A stretch of 64,000 nucleotides of DNA from Polyangiaceae bacterium (GTDB lineage: Bacteria; Myxococcota_A; Polyangia; Polyangiales; Polyangiaceae): positions 1,024,001-1,088,000 of the forward strand of contig CBDCTZ010000016.1 in NCBI GenBank assembly GCA_965222375.1, given 5' to 3'. The position numbers were made by a program, and so were the translations under genes. Under the pieces are notes generated by a model that saw only the letters and a list, made by a program, of their open reading frames with translations, searched no databases and was not told the origin of the DNA. Of this stretch, positions 61,129 through 64,000 are shown in pieces. Position 1 is the first letter of the stretch. The number at the start of each line of letters is the position of its first letter.

Positions 61129-61629
61129 ATGCGGTTCTGGCTCGTTCTGCTGCTCTCCCTTTCCGTTGGTGCGTGTGCCACGTACCGCGAGGACTTGAAC
61201 CGGGGTGAGCGTCTCTACGACAACAACGAGTACGACCGCGCCCTGGCCATCTGGCGCTACTTGGAAGCGGATATGGACTCCCTCGAGTGGCAGGACCAAG
61301 CGCGCTACGCCTACCTGCGAGGGATGACGGACTACCGTCTCAATTTTCGGCCAGATGCGCGCCACTGGCTGGCCCTGGCCAAGGCCATCGAAGAGAAGCA
61401 GCCCGGCGCGCTGCAACCGCAATGGAAACAGCGCCTCGAGCAGGCCCTGGCAGACCTGAACAAGGACGTCTTCGGCGGAGCCGAGCAGCTGGCCAACTCG
61501 GCCTCCACTGCCACCGAGACCAAGACAGATCTCGGTGCAGAGCCGCCCAAGCCCGCAGGCGGATGCTCCTCGAACGCCGACTGTCCCAATGGCAATGCTT
61601 GCCAGGCCGGCGAGTGCGTGCCGCTCTGA
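61129..61629 (+). CDS. Hypothetical TPR-like lipoprotein
   Basis: Lipobox VGAC; C-terminal CSSNADCP..C..G.C. Confidence 0.8.
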   Translation: MRFWLVLLLSLSVGACATYREDLNRGERLYDNNEYDRALAIWRYLEADMDSLEWQDQARYAYLRGMTDYRLNFRPDARHWLALAKAIEEKQPGALQPQWKQRLEQALADLNKDVFGGAEQLANSASTATETKTDLGAEPPKPAGGCSSNADCPNGNACQAGECVPL

Positions 61630-61658
61630 GCGGTGACGCTCGGATTCTGTCTACGCAG

Positions 61659-61844
61659 TCAGGGGTCGCGGCGGAGTGCCGCGATTTGGTCTTTGGCGAC
61701 TAGCTTTTGTTTCTTGAGCTGCGTGACTTGCACCTGTTCTGGCGGGGTCAGATAAGCTCGCCGTTCCAGGCGTTTGACCTCCGTCTTCAGGTTCTGGTGT
61801 TTGTTTTCCAATTCGCGCAGACGCTCCGCCGCCGACTCGTTCAT
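61659..61844 (-). CDS. DUF465/YdcH-like small protein
   Basis: H..L...V..LE...LT..EQ...LKKQKL.AKDQI. Confidence 0.8.
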   Translation of the reverse strand: MNESAAERLRELENKHQNLKTEVKRLERRAYLTPPEQVQVTQLKKQKLVAKDQIAALRRDP

Positions 61845-62055
61845 GAGTTCGTGCCTCCTGGGTCCCCATCTAGGTGCCGCCGCCCGCTAATCAGTTCGTC
61901 CTGATGTTGCAGCGAACACCTCACTCACTCAGAGTAAAGGGTTCATGATGAGGATCAACCCATTTCCAGCCGAGAAAACTCGCAGGTTTTGGCTCTCTGG
62001 GCGGCATGATCTTTTCCTGTCGGAACTTCCATTGCGGTTGCGCGTCCAACTACGA

Positions 62056-63261
62056 GTGGCACTCAAAGAATTCCAGCTCTTAGCCCTCATCGGCGTCGGC
62101 ACGATCATTGCGGGTTGCGGTGCCGCCGCGCCTGCCGGCCCTGCCGATGGGCCTTATCGGGTGCGAGCGCGCTCTGGCGAGGTGCAGACGCTGCCGCGAA
62201 CGGTGATCACCCCGGACGGCGCAACCGACGTCCCCGAGTTGTACAGGGAGGGGCGCCGCCTGCTGGACTCGGGAGACGCTGCTGGTGCAGCGAAATACTT
62301 CGAACGCATCATTGCCGTAGAGCCTGACGGAGAACTAGCACCGGACGCGCTCTACCTCGGAGCCCAGGCTCGAGAGCAAGCGGGCGATCGCGAAGCGGCC
62401 CTGCGCTTGTTCGAGCAGCTGGCTCGACGCTTCCCGAATCACGCCTTGGGTCGTGAAGCCATGATCCGCGCGATGCGGTTGTTGGTGTTCATGGAACGCT
62501 GGCAGCGGGCGGAAGCGCTGGCGGACCAGGTGCTCTCCAAGAAGCGCGACCTCAGCCCTCGCCAAGAAATCGTTGCCCTGAGCAGCAAAGCCTTGGGTTT
62601 GCTGGCCCGGCGTGACGTTGACGCCGCCAGCTTCAACGTCGAGAAAGCGCGCAACGTGATTGAAGCGAACCGGTTGGATGCGGCCGGTGCCATCCCCCGG
62701 GATCTGGCACAGACCTACTATGCCCTCGGTGAAATCCGGCGCTTGAGGGCTGAGCGCATCAAGTTCGTTCCCGTGCCTGCAAACTTCGGTGTCGTTCTGG
62801 AGCAGCGCTGCCAATTGCTTTTGGATTCCCAGCGGGCCTATTCGGACACGATGCGCGCCTATGATGCCCACTGGTCCGCGATGGCAGGTTATCGGGTCGG
62901 GGAGCTATACAAGCGACTCCACGACGACCTGATGGCGATTCCACGACCCAAGGCCGCGGATACCGAGGAGCGGCAGCAATTGTTCGAGGGCGCCATGCGC
63001 CTGCGCTACGCAGTGCTTCTGGACAAGGCCCTGGCGATGATGGAGCACACCCTCAGCATGGCCAAACGCACCGGGGAGCGCTCCGAATGGGTGCTCCGCG
63101 CCAAGCGCGCCAAACAGGATCTGGAAAAGGCTCGGCGGGCGGAAAACGCGGCTATCGACCGCCTGCCCTACACCCGGGCCCAGCTGCGGCAAGCCCTCGA
63201 CGACTTGGCCGCAAAAAGCAAGGCAAAGGCGGTCACGAACCCCCAAAAAGCCCGTAATTAG
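62056..63261 (+). CDS. TPR-repeat lipoprotein
   Basis: Lipobox IAGC, TPR helices (APDALY, RFP). Confidence 0.8.
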   Translation: MALKEFQLLALIGVGTIIAGCGAAAPAGPADGPYRVRARSGEVQTLPRTVITPDGATDVPELYREGRRLLDSGDAAGAAKYFERIIAVEPDGELAPDALYLGAQAREQAGDREAALRLFEQLARRFPNHALGREAMIRAMRLLVFMERWQRAEALADQVLSKKRDLSPRQEIVALSSKALGLLARRDVDAASFNVEKARNVIEANRLDAAGAIPRDLAQTYYALGEIRRLRAERIKFVPVPANFGVVLEQRCQLLLDSQRAYSDTMRAYDAHWSAMAGYRVGELYKRLHDDLMAIPRPKAADTEERQQLFEGAMRLRYAVLLDKALAMMEHTLSMAKRTGERSEWVLRAKRAKQDLEKARRAENAAIDRLPYTRAQLRQALDDLAAKSKAKAVTNPQKARN

Positions 63262-63360
63262 CCGCCATCCCTCAAACCCGCGATCGGGTGGGTCTTCCGC
63301 GACCGCATTGAGGAAATACTGATAGAAATTCCAGTGCTTGGAGGGCGGTACGCTTCCTGC

Positions 63361-63389
63361 TTGACAGGTCCCCGAGCTGGCGCTACCAC
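63361..63389 (+). promoter_or_regulatory. Probable sigma-70 promoter of the tRNA operon
   Basis: TTGACA-17 bp-TACCAC followed by a GC-rich stretch; -10 is imperfect. Confidence 0.45.
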
Positions 63390-63556
63390 GCGCGTCCCGC
63401 CCGGCACCCGTCTGTCCGCTCCAGCTGCCCTCTTGGCTGCCTCGTGAGTGCGACTGGAAGGGGTGTCTGCGGACAATGCTCAACGAGCGGTTCAGTGAAG
63501 ATGCTTCATGCACAGACAAAAGAAAAGACGGGAATCATGTCGTGCATGAGGTGCAC

Positions 63557-63629
63557 GCTGGCGTAGCTCAATTGGTAGAGCACCTGTTTTGTAAACAGGC
63601 GGTTGGGGGTTCAAGTCCCTTCGCCAGCT
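63557..63629 (+). tRNA. tRNA-Thr(TGT)
   Basis: Cloverleaf; anticodon arm cctgt-tttgtaa-acagg. Confidence 0.95.
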
Positions 63630-63659
63630 CTGAGGAGAATTAACGAGAGGTTCTTATAA

Positions 63660-63742
63660 GGAGGGTTGCCCGAGTGGCCAAAGGGAGCGGGCTGTAAACC
63701 CGCCGGCTTACGCCTACGTTGGTTCAAATCCAACACCCTCCA
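63660..63742 (+). tRNA. tRNA-Tyr(GTA)
   Basis: Cloverleaf with long variable arm; loop ctgtaaa. Confidence 0.95.
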
Positions 63743-63777
63743 CTAAGCAATAGAGAAACGAAAAAGGATAGGGAATC

Positions 63778-63853
63778 GCGGGAGTAGCTCAGTTGGTAGA
63801 GCGTCAGCCTTCCAAGCTGAATGTCGCGGGTTCGACCCCCGTCTCCCGCTCCA
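63778..63853 (+). tRNA. tRNA-Gly(TCC)
   Basis: Cloverleaf; loop cttccaa; encoded CCA. Confidence 0.95.
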
Positions 63854-63862
63854 AGTCAAATC

Positions 63863-63935
<73 letters not shown>

Positions 63936-64000
63936 CAGAGCGAGAAGAAGAACAAGGAAGACCACTAGGAAAGACCGAACAATCTAGATTCCGGCGACAA

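Overview
GC-rich bacterial chromosomal segment. Gly-rich lipoproteins, Cys-rich repeats, Ser/Thr kinases and sigma-54 activator fusions suggest Myxococcota (Polyangiaceae-like); this is inference. The right end (~37-64 kb) is housekeeping and signalling: adenylate cyclase, two sigma-54 enhancer-binding proteins, cysQ, cbiMQO-type ECF transporter, trmB and a Thr-Tyr-Gly-Thr tRNA cluster. The centre (~12.3-34 kb) is an accessory region and the main candidate for an undescribed system. It carries a ~2,100-aa lipoprotein-anchored, teneurin-like (NHL + YD/RHS) polymorphic toxin, followed by a minus-strand array of three modules [toxin tip - immunity - response regulator] and a fourth divergent regulator. 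The three tips are unrelated: papain-fold, ADP-ribosyltransferase-like and Ntox17-like. Both orphan modules start at exactly the same RHS-core nucleotide behind a conserved ~230-bp palindrome-rich leader. One leader copy holds a group II intron (EBS1/IBS1 pairing visible) and the other is an empty site. Nearby are an IS21-family element with two passenger ORFs and a 6-bp target duplication, a VapBC-type pair, a small-ORF/nucleotidyltransferase pair, two frameshifted genes and several palindromic repeat families. All family calls come from visual motif recognition, not database searches.
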